A DNA stretch of 64,000 nt from Geosiphon pyriformis uo1 (lineage: Eukaryota; Fungi; Glomeromycota). Both the position numbers and the translations under genes were made by a program. Each line of letters begins with the position of its first letter. Positions within the stretch are counted from its first letter, which is position 1. The stretch lies in assembly GCA_016748015.1 (NCBI GenBank), contig JAAOMT010000263.1, positions 129,993 to 193,992 of the forward strand. Direction: 5' to 3'. The notes under the pieces were generated by a model. The model searched no databases, was not told where the DNA came from, and saw only the letters and a program-made list of their open reading frames with translations. Below, piece by piece: positions 1 to 12,849 of this stretch.

Positions 1-365
1 TCCGTGTTCTTCAAGAGAAATTTCGCCATTATAAATATATCTGTCCAGAAAAATAGAACAGGTGAATCATTTGAGTTAAATACTGTTAAGGAAACTTAAT
101 ATACCTACCTAAGAACCACTTCAAAAATTCTAGGTGGTATATTGGGTATGTGGAGAATAATGGTATTATTTTCTCTTTTAACACAATCATTAGAGAGTGC
201 CCTGACAAAATATGATGATCTCGCTCCTAAAATTGGCGAATGAGCATTAAAAGTTCTGGTGTTTTGTGTCTTGCCCACGACAATTCTAACATCAGAGAAA
301 ATTTGATTAATTAATAAGCTCCCGAAATCCTGAGATAAAGCCTGAAAAAATTGTTGGGGTGCCAT
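1..365 (-). CDS. BTB/POZ-(BACK-TLDc) protein, 5' part only (exon 1 365..109, intron 108..41, exon 2 runs off the window edge)
   Basis: BTB N-terminus (SDVRIVVG...FNAHSPILGARSSYF...IPPRIFEVVLR|YIYNGEI). Near-identical inverted copy of 19718..20083 with the same 68-nt GT-AG intron. Confidence 0.9.
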
Positions 366-1930
366 GAGTAAAATATAAGAATTAAAGATCTTTTTCTAGC
401 TTAAAATTTCAGAGTTTAGTATGCATATGTTTTAATATTTGATTATTCCATAGAAAAGCTATTTTATCGCCACCATCAATTAGTTATTGCATGCACAGTA
501 ATGTTTATAAAAAGAATCTAGCTACTTTCAAAACTATTTAAGTTTGGTACGACAAGAGCCCACTTACCAATACCAAATCTATGAATTGGTTCAGGCGATA
601 ACTTGTTTTAAAGTTATGGATCATCAGGCGACTTATATGACAAAAGCTCATTTAACAAGTTAAATATTGTATTCTAAGAAATGAAACCTTTAAAAAATCG
701 GTGTCTCAACTTTCCATTCCAAACTCTAATTATGGTTACTTCAAATAGCTAATTCGAATTTAAGGTAACCTTTTTGTTGACTGACTACCAAATGATTCAT
801 TCGCGCGTTGCGTTCAGCTGATCTCGAAATGAGCCAAAGAATTACCCGCTATTTTCAAAGAAAAACTTCACAATATCCCAACCAGAATCGCAGGACAAAA
901 AGGTGGATAAGTGGCGTTAACGGACTTAAAACTTTTATGCTAAAAACTTCGGGTAAAACGGTTAAGTATCCCTAGAATTAAGCTGGTTTGGATCAGTTGC
1001 CTTCGGAATTTGTTTATGAAGTTATAACAAAAGTATTTGTGAGTACGATTTGAAAATGAACATCTATCATTTATGAGCAGACACAATCTTATAGAATTTA
1101 TAAATTTCACTATGAATGAATTTTTTTTGCTAAATTCTAAAACTATCTATGTATAAATTGGAATTATTTTCATTATGAATTATTTAATAGGAATGCCTTG
1201 AATTTTAAGGTCACTCAAGACGAGATCATTTATTATTGAAAGGAAATTTATTTATTTTTTGTAATATTGTCTTTTTAATCTTTGAAAATATTAAATTTAA
1301 TCTAAATTTAGTTTATATCTTAAATTTTTTACATTTTTTAATATATTCAATATTTATTGCATTGTATATCGTTTTAATCTTATTTTGCAATTAAAACTCT
1401 TTCTCATTACAATTTCCTTGTTCATCATTTTAAAAAATTTCATGATTGTAAAAAACAAAAGGATTTCTAATTGTGATTTAAAAACATTTGTTAAGATCAA
1501 ATAAATTATAATAACTAATTGTACAGCTTCAATTGTACATTTTGAATTTTTTTTAAAAGCAAGTTTTGTTTAAATGTGCAATTCAAAAAGCATGACCATT
1601 TATGAAATTTTTTTTAATGTTATCAGCTGTAATATTGTATATAAAAAATTTTATTGTTTTTTATTAAATTCACAATTTATAATTTCCATAAAAACCATTT
1701 TAACAATATATTTTTTTTAATTTTTTCTAATACGAAAATAGTGTTAAAGTTAAATATTTTGTATAATAGATAGTAGTAATTAATTTTATGTTATATTAAT
1801 TATGTATTAATTACTAATATTACATATTATAAACATAGTGAAAAAAAATTAGGATATGGTAATTTTTTTGTAAAACTGATTGGGGTTTTTTAGTTTTAAT
1901 GAAAGAAACATTAAATCAATTTAAATATAT

Positions 1931-2206
1931 TGTTATGGGTCAAAGAAAAACAATTATTGTATGATTAAAAAGAAATTCCACTTAAAAGAGCGAATTGAAT
2001 TTGTAGAAATTTAATGTGCAAAACTAATCTTATAAATATTTTAGTTAGTAATTTTTCCAAAAAATAACAAAAGAATCTAAAAATTAAAGAATAGTCTGTA
2101 TTAGTAACACAGTTTCTATAATTATATATCTTATGTCAGTGATTTTATAATTCAGTAATAGATATTTATTTGTACTTTTCAGTAAAAATTTATTTAATGC
2201 TTTACA
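1931..2206. mobile_element. Degenerate solo-LTR-like repeat, copy A
   Basis: Starts TGTTATGGGT and ends TTACA. Shares an internal GAGCGAATTGAATTTGTA block and the 3' end with 53353..53650. No target-site duplication seen. Confidence 0.55.
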
Positions 2207-2408
2207 AAAATTAACAATATACAAATCAATAAAAGAAAAGTGAAGAAAAATAGTAAAAAATGTATGAGTAAATTAAAATTATTGTATTAATTTACAACTA
2301 AAAAATAATTCTAATCTGGAATTATTTGACATAAGTGTGAATAATTTTCTATAGCTTTGGAGAGTTTTGGTTATATTCTTGAAAAGAAATCAATAATTTA
2401 ATCAATAT

Positions 2409-2492
2409 CTAAGTTAATGATTAAGTTGATGATCAAGTTAATGATTAAGTTAATGATCAAGTTAATGACTAAGTCAATAATTAAGTCAATAA
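2409..2492. repeat. 12-bp tandem minisatellite (AAGTTAATGATT-like, about 7 copies)
   Basis: Visible directly. It generates the spurious IKLM-repeat ORF 2417..2641. Confidence 0.85.
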
Positions 2493-5400
2493 TTACCACT
2501 ATTAACTATAACTTAAATTTTGTTGTTTTATATATATTAACCAAAAATAGTAAAAATACTGAGATTTTTGTGAAATTTTATATATTAAAAATATATTATT
2601 TAAGTTATAATTTGTTATTTTTTAGCAAAATCTATTATTAAATTTGCAATTTTTTCATTATTTTATTTTTATCTTTTAATTGTATTGTTAATATATTTTT
2701 CAAATTCAAACTATTATTATATTTAATTTTGAAAAAAGGAATTATGTTAATTTTTGATATCATTTACTTTTTATTACTTCTTTATATAAATACTTAAATA
2801 TATATATTAAATTCAAATATCATAAATAATTATACAATTTTAATTTATTAAAAATATAGCTCTCTCAAAGTATTTCAATTTGTCAATTATATATTGTTTA
2901 GTAAAAAACAAAAAGAGTTTTTTACTTTTTAGTTATTTATATAATTAAACATAAATTTAAACAATTTATTTATTAAATGAATTTTTTATTTATAAATGTA
3001 ATTAAATATTATAATTGATTATTTTAGGAACTAGCTGTTGCACTCAAATAAGCTTTAAAAACAAAATTTTGTGTGAAAATTTAGCGTAAATTAAAAAATT
3101 TGGGCAAATCAAAGACTGGCTTGTCGAAAATATTTTCAATGAGATGATTTATTATCTATAATTTTATAGATTTAAGACATTTAATCAATTGCCATCAGAA
3201 AATAAACTAGCAACAGTATTTAATAATATGATGGTTTATTTTTTTAAATCAAAAAAAAAATTCATTTAAAACTATTTTGTTGTTTTAAATTTAAAGTAAT
3301 ATCTAAAATGTTATATTAATTTATAATTTATATAGCCAAATAAAACAAATTATTAAACTTTGAATCAAAACCAATTTTTTTTTATATTGAACATAAAACA
3401 AAAAGAACAAAACATTAAATTTTTGTTATAAGAACAATTTTGAATAATAATTTGAATTAGAAAAAAATCTATGCATAAGAGTATTGAAAATGACGCAATT
3501 AAATTTTAATAAAATTATTTGTAAAAGTATAATAAATAATTAAGTTGGCTGGTCATGCGCAATTTGTGCACAATTCACGTCTAATGTACGATAATCGGGT
3601 CTTTTAATTATAAAAAAATATTAATAAATTTCAATTTTTATTTATTCTTTTTTGAATCCCAAAGTTTTTAACTTTTTTTTTATTTTATATTTGCACAACA
3701 ATATTTTATTTATTAATTAAAAACCTTGCAGTTTTATCCTTAAAATAATTAATAAAATTTTTTTATCTAAAACAGTAATCTTTTATAAAACACAAACAAT
3801 AATTACTTTAACAATAATTAAATAAACTACAGCCAGTATTTCATTTATTAAAGTGGTATTATTTATTTGAACTGTTAAAAAAGCTTTATATTAAATTATT
3901 TACTCGAAATTAAACTCAAAAGTCTATAGCATTTTCAAAAAACTCACGAATATTCATAATAAAAAATTATAAATTATTAAAGATTAAATAAAATTATAAT
4001 TAAAAATTGTGCTTTTATTAATTAAATTTATAGCAACATACATTTGGATTAAATAAAAATAAATAAAATAGCCTTTTGAATTTGCTTTAAATATTTTGAA
4101 TGAATAATGTTTTGCAGTGATTTAAAATTTTATTAATAACATTTTTTTGAATAAAATTCCAATATTTTTGGAGAATTAAAAAATTTCTTAAACTTGTTTT
4201 TATATAAAATTTTTAGGATATAATATTGCAGCTAAAAATATCAAAATAAATAAATGTTTTTTTTCTTAAAGATATTCAAATTTTTTATTTTTTACAAAAA
4301 TTGTTTTAAATATAAATAAATTATTTTTCAGATCTTATTTTAATTTATTTAAATTTAAAAAATTATATACTATTAAAAAAATAAGGCATATATGTTTTGA
4401 GTGTCATTTTTTAACTACATATTATAGTTTATTGTTTTTTATTATGCAAGTTATTTCTGGGAAAATTAAATATGTATTCAAAATAATATTTTTACAATAT
4501 TTAAAAATAATTTGATGTATATTTGAAATGTTTTAAATATCGTCAAAATGAAATATTTCTTTTAACCAATAACAAAAAAAATCAATTAAAAAAAACTAGT
4601 TTTAATTATTTTTATGAATCTGTTATCATTTTTATTTTTAGCCACTCTATTCAAATTTTTATTGAAATAGTTTTGTTTTATTATTATATTATTAATACTT
4701 TATAATTAGAATAATAATTGGTAATTAATACTTTTATTTTTTGGTTACATTATTATTAATTATATCATATTATAATTTACTAATAGTTATATATGCATGT
4801 ATTTTTATTAAAAAAATAAACATTTTTTCTGCTTTTTAAAATAATTTTTTTATGATAAAATCTAATTTTTATAATTTTTTTTTGATATGAACAATTAACA
4901 AAATATAAATTAAATAATTTAATAATTTAATTATTTAATTTTCAAATTAATTTTTAAGAATATTTAATAAGTTACTGTTGTATATTAACTCATTTTTGAT
5001 ATTTCTCTAGCCAATACATAATTAACTTTAAATTCAACATTAATAATAATTTATTTTAATTATGAATTCAACACTTTGAAGTGCTAATTTCTTTAAATTC
5101 TATTGAGAATCCAGACCTATTCATTTCAAAGACTTGATATTTTTGTTCTTTGAAAATCTCATTTTATAGTAAAAAAAATTATTGATCTTGATATTTATCT
5201 TTATTCTTTCATTAGATTTGAAAAGGATGAATGAGGTTTCCGAAAAAAAGACCATCAAAATGAGAATGCTTTCGAACTTTTGATTATTGTTCTTTCAAAT
5301 TATATTAGAAGGAAAGGCAATTAATCGATTGTTAAAAAAATGATTTTATTGAATTTTATCAAGATTCCTTCTGGAAAACAGTCTCCTCAAAGATTTAAAA

Positions 5401-8400
5401 AATTACTACGGACAAAAATCTATAAAAATGGGGCTTCGATTTCTTAACGCATCGATTAGGTTAAATTAAAATTCGGTGCCTCTAGGGAGGAAAAAATCGT
5501 CGCCAGTTGCTGAATCAAGTATTCACAAAGTGGGTGGTGAAAAATTTACAAAAATAGAGCTCTAAGAATGAGAAAATATTTTTAAAGGGTTTTGTAATAT
5601 GAATATTTGTTAATTAACAGTTATTTTATAGGAATTAAAAGAGAAAAATGTAAATTTATGATACTTTCAAAGTAATGGCTCTGAATTTCTGATTGATTGT
5701 GTCTGATAAATTTAGAAATAACGTGTGAAGAATAAATTGTATCTTTTTCAAACTATTGTTGTAGCCTTTGTTGTTTCTTAAGAAGTATCTGAATTAATTG
5801 AGCTATTTTGGTTTGAGAGGCTTTGTTTGCAGTTGCTTAGATTTTTAATGTTGTCTGAATTATTTGAAGTATCTTAAGTAAAATATTAAATTTGAAAGTG
5901 TTGTATTTGAACGAACATACCACCGATAAAGGATACCTAACAAAAAGATATATTCAAACTTTAATCGACCATAATGTTATCAAAACTCTTATAAAATCTG
6001 TAAAGCAATTTGCAGACTACCCGTTTAATTTTCCTTTAAAATTAATAGCAAGTGACTAGAAGTTGGATATTAATTACAATAATAGCCAACCATGCGGACA
6101 GTTGTAAAAATTCTGCAAAAATTTTTAGGTAGGAGTTGCAACTTTTTAATTAAAATGTTTTTAATAAATTATGGTTTACTAAAAACTATATATACATTTT
6201 CTTTTTTCTTTTTAAATTTAAGATTGTGTTATTAAATATTTAATATTTAATTATATTAATTCTTATTATGTATACATTATACTTTTGATTATTTTAATAA
6301 ATTTTTAAAATAATAAAAGAATTAACAAAAGATAATAAAATTTGACAAATTGTAACAAAAGTTTAAAGAATAAAAATAAGAATAATAATTTTTTTAATTT
6401 TTCAAAAAATGTATTTGTAAATAACTAAAAAGTTTTAACATTTGGAATGAATAAAACAAATATTTTTTGTTGAAATTAAATTTTCTCTTAATTTAATTTA
6501 ATAATATTTGAAGTTAATTAGCTGCCAACATTTGAATTTAAATAAGAAAATGTGACTCTATTTTTAAAACAATTTATTAACTGAAGAGTTTAATTTTGTA
6601 CAAGACAAAGTAATATTAACAATTAACAAATTTTTATTCGAAAAAATTAATTAACTTAAAATAAATAAATTAAATTTTGTAAAATGAAGATCACCTTAAA
6701 ATATTTGATTAATCCATCTTCAGCTCAGCGGAGAAAGCCACCATTTATTAAGAGACTGATAAGGAATGAAAAAATTTTAACCATTTTTTTTAAATATCTA
6801 AAAGAAATTATTCTTTGCAGCTATCCTTTGAAAAACTTTCACTGTTAGTGGTAGAGCCCCTAAAGAATAACATGTGTCAAAGCGATCAATATTGCTTTGT
6901 GGAACCGGGCTTTGAATTCGAGAGAATGGTTTTCAATTACACAAATCTCTAATCTTTCTTTTAGCGATTCTCTTCATTCTTTAAAAATTTCAAATACATC
7001 ACATTGAATATATTTTGAGGCGATTAAAAAAAGCAGCAGTAAATTCCCAGCTAAAATTTTATGGAATTCAAAGAAAACCAAGTATAAAATAATACAAGAA
7101 AAAACCTTAGTGGCAATTAGTGTGAACGTGGTCATAGTTTTGTATTCAATCTGCTTTTTAGTTTTTTGAAATCAATAGAACTAAGTTAAATAAATAAATA
7201 TTGATAATTAATACAATTTTAGATCTGAAAATTTGTTCATCATAACTAGAAGAAGTTTAAATAAATGGAGTTATCTTTGCTTTTGAATGGAAAATTGCAG
7301 TACATTCATATTCTTATAATCAAAGTAAAAGAATTATTAAAAAATTGTAAATTATTTCCAAAATATGAAAAATGAAAAACCAAGCAGAAAAATTTTGATA
7401 CTTATTAGAAAAGTCAAAAATTGATGGATTATTATTTAGTCTGTTAAGAAATTTTGCATTTTATACTTGTTTCAACCATCTCGTCTATGAATTTATCTTA
7501 AAAAACTGATATTTAATTAAAGACTTTTTGATTTTAAATTTTAAATTCTGTTTAAGGTTCAGGACATAATTATATTTTACTTTGGTTGTTTAATAAAAAT
7601 CATATTTGGATTAATGAAAGTTGTAGTTTATATTTAAAATGTATAATATTTCTTCTAGCGTATAATCAATTATCAGCATTATTAAATTCAGAAAAATTAT
7701 TAGTTTCTCTCTTCATTTCCTAAATCAAAAGATTCATTCACGCTGAAAAACTTATAGAGTAACTATAATTAGTGGTGAAGACAAAAACCTGATCTATCGC
7801 ATGGTCAATTTGTGAAACCAAGTATGAATATCAAGTACATGAAAGGTATATAGGAAAGCTTCAATAATTTGGTGCCCAAAAAAGTACACATTTACAAATC
7901 AGAGCAATACAAATTAATTGCAGGTTTACCAGTAGCCCATATTTCCAGATGAATCTATTAAAAAGGATTATCTTTTCTCTCAAAAGTTTTTCATGGTTAC
8001 ATTACTCCTATAAAATCTATAACGATTACGAATCTTAAAAACTACACACAAATCTCAAGAATTTCAAGCTGCTTATCATCAAAAAATTTAGTCATGGTAA
8101 ATCGTTTTGAAAATAAGAAATTTAAAAATTACTGTAGGTTGTAATATTCTTTGCATGTGAACGACTTTTTGATACGAAATGTTTTGATGATCAAAACTTA
8201 TTTAAATTCTTGATTTGGCATTAAAGAGAAATTTAATGTTTTGAAATCTCGATGAAAAAACATATATTTAAAGACAATAACGTGAAATCAAAAGAGATAT
8301 TGCCTCGTAAGTTAATAAGACCTTGATTTTTAAAGCCTTTTATTAAGACACTCCTATTCTGACTTTAAAAATCAGATATTTATTAATTTTTAACTATCCC

Positions 8401-8491
8401 TATCGAAAGTAATTTAATCATTTTTGGTTTCAAAGAGGCTATTAGTGCAATTTTATTTAAGCTTAATTTGACATTTTTAATTACAAAAAAC

Positions 8492-9620
8492 ATGAATTCC
8501 CAAGATAATCTTGAATCATCTCATCGAGACATTGAATCTAAATCTAAATTTTACGCTGAAAAAAAATATTGGCTCTTATTGATTATCCTTTTTCTTATAA
8601 TCGTTGTAATCTTAATCCCGGTTCTGATCCTTGTTGTATTTCCAAAAACTATTCAAAATAAAATAAATAAATCGACCATAACAATCACCTCTCTTTCAAT
8701 CTCCCCACCAATTACCGAATCTTCCTTTCGTCTTCTTACAAAATCAAAAATTACAAATGCTGGAAGTTTAGATGCTAGCATCAAATTTCCGGATCCGGTT
8801 AATATTATCTGGAATGGTACTGTGTTAGGGAATGTAAGATTTCCTGAGACGAAAATTGATCATGGTGAAGCGGAGATAGAATCTAATGAAGAGTTTTTGA
8901 TTACTAACGGAGAAAAGTTTAAGGAGTTTACAAAAGCCCAATTGAATGATAAAGAGTTTACATGGACTTTAGATGGAAAGGCAACTGTTAAGGCTCTTAG
9001 TATAACAAAAAGTGGACTTGACTTTAAAAAAGATATCTTATTAGCTGGTGAGTTTTTCTAATATATATATAATGAATTATTTTTAAAATATAAAATTATA
9101 ATTTATCATTGATAATTGATAATTCTTAAAATTTATTTTAGGTGGCAACGGACTTAGAAATGTTAATATAACAAGCTACATTGTTAACGCCACCTCTCCC
9201 ACAACACTTGATCAATCAATTAAAGCAGATCTTTATAACCCATCATCAATTACATTTTATCTCGGCAGCTTTGGAATCGATATTTACTATAATACCACAT
9301 ACATAGGTCCAGCTGAAAGTCGAAATCTTACAATTAACCCAGGACAAAATACAATTCTATTCTCCGGTCCGCTGGCTTCGAATTTTTCAATGTTCACTCC
9401 GGATGGAAAATTGGGGGAGATCGGAATGAAGTATGTGATGAAACAGGAGATAGTGACAACATCTAAAGGAGCTTATGTTAAGCCTGACGGAGTTAACGAA
9501 GTTGGGTGGCTTAGTGATGCAGTTAAAACGGTATCCTTTGTCACATCAGTGAAAAATGCATCGATTCTACCTTTAGATGCATATTTAAAGAAAATGAGCA
9601 GTGCTGCACCAAATGTATAA
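8492..9620 (+). CDS. DUF3712 (LEA_2-like fold) single-pass membrane protein, about 344 aa (exons 8492..9047, 9142..9620)
   Basis: N-terminal TM helix (WLLLIILFLIIVVILIPVLILVVFP), ITNAG..DA, FTW.L.G motifs. Splicing joins LAG|GNGL and LYNPSSITFYLG, and the frame continues into ORF 9390..9620. Confidence 0.75.
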
Positions 9621-10620
9621 TAATACCTAGACTGTATAACCAATTGATTCATCTATATAATTAATTAATACCAATAGAATTATATAATTTAATATCTTCA
9701 TTTACTTAATACACTATAAAAAATCTAATTTCACTTTATCGTTTTAGTTCTTTATATTTAAACATTCTTTCTACACCATTTTCATATAATGAAACTTATT
9801 ATGTAAAGTGACTAAAATTCTTACTAATTTCAAAAAAGCAAACTAAAATTTATTAGCAAATGAAAGGCTATTCATTAAACAAAATAATAATTTTCTAATT
9901 TATTCATAAAGCAAATCTTTGCCAACCTGTGAATTCAGGAAATATAATATAATTTTAAGTGGAAGAAATGTAGTAGTTCAATTCCGAACTTAAAGATTTA
10001 TAGAGCATGCAAAAAAATATTCAATATTGTCTTCGGGGATAATTATTAATACTAAATCGAAATTTTTATTCGTTGATAATGTAGAGTATCCTTTCAAATT
10101 AAACCCGATCTTGTTCAGCAATTCCTTGGTATTAATTCTAAAAATAGAAAAACCTCTTTTTTATTTAAATAAGCTAATGTAATTTTCAAGTATATATATA
10201 TATATATTAGCCTGGAAATAAAAATCATATTACTGCTAACCTAAAAGACATGGTGCTTTCAAAACAAGATAAACTCGAAACAATAAACAGATTTCCTCGC
10301 GATTTACATGATTATCTGGCGCTGTGCGAAAATTCGGCATTTTCCAAGCAAAAAATAAGTGATTGGCCCGAGGTTTTCTAATAAAGGATTACTATATGCG
10401 AAGCAACTAAAATAATCAAATATCCGAAGTTTGTAAACCTCCAACCTTGGAATACTTGAAAATTTTAGGCGGGAATCAGTTAAAGAAGCCAAAAATATAT
10501 ATATAGTCGTTGACTCGAACACAATTTAAAAAATTCTCAAGGAAGAAATCAAATTATCGAAACATTTAAAAGAAAAATTCTCAATCTTAAATCCATAAAA
10601 AATTAAATTCAAAACATAAA

Positions 10621-11094
10621 ATGGTCCCTAAATCCTTATACAACTTGGTTATTATTTCTATCGCTCTTCTCTCAATTTTCGATATATCCTCTGCCGCCCC
10701 AATCTCCTTCTCTTCAAGTCAATTAATAAAACGTCAAGGCAATGGTAATGGAAATGGGAACGGAAATATCGGTAGTGGCTATGGTAATAACACCAATGAA
10801 AATAATACTGGAAACAATAACGACGATACGGGAATTGACAGGTCTCCAGTAAATATTCCAAAGAAAAATTCACCAAAAAAGGGGTCAAAAGATAAAAAAC
10901 CAAAAGTTGCTGGAAAGAAGAAGGGGGATAAAAAATGTGATGGAATTCGAGTGCCAAAAGGTTATAAGCCTGAAATAAATGGGTTACCAGAAGGATTTCC
11001 GCTCGGACCTAATTGGACTCAAAATCTGATTGATACCGTAGCCCCTGAAACTCGTGCTAAATTTGATTGTATTCCTTACCCAGATCCAAAGTAA
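10621..11094 (+). CDS. Small secreted protein, paralog 1 (signal peptide, KR site, GN-rich module, Lys-rich linker, 2-Cys C-terminal domain)
   Basis: Hydrophobic N-terminus ending SSA-AP, then IKR|QGNGNGNG. Clear homology to 12127..12849. Confidence 0.85.
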   Translation: MVPKSLYNLVIISIALLSIFDISSAAPISFSSSQLIKRQGNGNGNGNGNIGSGYGNNTNENNTGNNNDDTGIDRSPVNIPKKNSPKKGSKDKKPKVAGKKKGDKKCDGIRVPKGYKPEINGLPEGFPLGPNWTQNLIDTVAPETRAKFDCIPYPDPK

Positions 11095-12126
11095 AATTTA
11101 AAGGGAATCCAGTATCTTTAATGCATTTCTTACATGGTGTGAATCTTATTTTTGTAAATAACTATCCTATTTTAAATAATTTAGCTTTTAGCTTATATTT
11201 TATCTTAATCGGAGTAATGAATAAAATACTAAATTATAATCTAACTTAATACGGCCTTCTTGTTGGCTTAATTTGAATTAACCGTAATATTATCTGCATT
11301 TATTGAATGATACTATTACAAATCTATAGATCAAGAATAAAAATCAATGGCTAATTTAGAATATACCGTCTGCAGAATTCTGTAACGACAATGCAATGTT
11401 ATCAAAGAATATCTTTCAAAAAAGTTGTTATAATAAAAATTTAACCTATATAAATATAATATCGAGATCATAAATATGAATAGACTTTTTAAAATTTATT
11501 TTTACTAAATTCTTCATATTTTTAAGATGAAGTGATATAAAAATTCATCAATCTCATTTTTACAAATAGAGAAACTCCAAATAATCATTTCTATAATTCA
11601 AAAACTCAAAACTCAAAACTCAAAAAAAAAAAAAAGAATTATCTGACTTTGAGAAACGTTTTTTTTTACATGCCTTATACAAAATATATCAATAGTTTGG
11701 ATTGGATTTCTTTTTTTGCGAGCTAGTGACCCTTTTTCAAAAAATAAACAATAGAACAACAATCTTGGCTCTTTTAAAATACATGGTACAAAATGATATA
11801 TTTAACATTCTTATTTTGCGTATATTATATATTAAGAGTAAATAATATTGAGATTTTATGCAATCATAATGAACCGTTTCACTTTATGCATAGTTTCCTT
11901 ATTCTTTTCAAGAATTTGATTGCTATTATCAATTATGTATATTGATGCTCAATTAACGCCAGTGCACATGGTAGATCATGATCATAGATTGTAGGGTTCG
12001 AGAATTCAGCTACTTTTCGAAATTCTTTTATATTGACAGTTATGAGCTATATAAAAGAAAAGCTTTAACCTCAAATTTTTCCAGTGAATTAACTTTATAA
12101 TAATTCAACTCAACGAAAAAATCAAT

Positions 12127-12849
12127 ATGCTTTCTAAATTTATATATATCTTGATAATTTTTTCCCTTGTTCCCCTTTTCATCTATGATTTTTCTTGTGC
12201 TGTTTCCCTTTCACGAAGTCAAATAAAAAAACGTGAAGGGGGTAATAATAACGGAAACGGAAACGTTGGTAATGGCTTTGGTAGTAATACTAATGAAAGT
12301 AATACTGGAAATAACAATGTAGACAGTAGAATTCCTAAAGCTGCTCCATATATTTCACCTGGAACTTCATCGTCCACTTCCTCTTCATCTAAAGTTTCAC
12401 CATCCAATTTTCCATCAAAAGTTTCACCATCCAATCTTCCATCAAAAGTTTCACAATCCATTCCTCCATCTACAAAAACAGTTCCTGTACCTACTTCAAA
12501 ACAGCCTAAACCTAATAGTTCCTCAAAGAAAGGTAAACCTAGCGCAACACCAACTCAAAAAGCTGATAAAAAATGTGATGGTATTCGAGTTCCGAAGGGT
12601 TATAGACCTCTAGAAGCACATAGAAAAGTAAAGAAGGCTAGTAAGCGTAAAAATAAACAGAAAAATCAAAAACATCAACTAATTCCCTCTAGACCTGCAT
12701 ATATAAATGCAAACTCCCGATACGAATTTACACTTAGTCCTAATTGGATTCAAAATATTATTGATGGGGTTGCTCCACTGACAAAACTTGATTTTGATTG
12801 TTTACCCTTTTCTGATTTCATACCTGGATATGTTCCTGTTCCAAAGTAA
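12127..12849 (+). CDS. Secreted protein, paralog 2 (adds Ser/Pro repeats and a basic insert)
   Basis: Signal peptide, KKR|EGGNNNGNGNVG, SKVSPSN(F/L)P repeats, shared KKCDGIRVPKGY and PNW.QN.ID.VAP.T...FDC motifs. TATATAAAAG near 12048. Confidence 0.85.
   Translation: MLSKFIYILIIFSLVPLFIYDFSCAVSLSRSQIKKREGGNNNGNGNVGNGFGSNTNESNTGNNNVDSRIPKAAPYISPGTSSSTSSSSKVSPSNFPSKVSPSNLPSKVSQSIPPSTKTVPVPTSKQPKPNSSSKKGKPSATPTQKADKKCDGIRVPKGYRPLEAHRKVKKASKRKNKQKNQKHQLIPSRPAYINANSRYEFTLSPNWIQNIIDGVAPLTKLDFDCLPFSDFIPGYVPVPK

Noticed and set aside
2417-2641. ORF with MIKL repeats
   Set aside because: It is the translation of a 12-bp minisatellite in AT-rich DNA.
10658-10957. His/Tyr-rich antisense ORF (also 12219..12461, 15872..16334, 20172..20366, 46681..47784, 54764..54958, 57780..57974)
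   Set aside because: These are shadow ORFs opposite well-supported genes.
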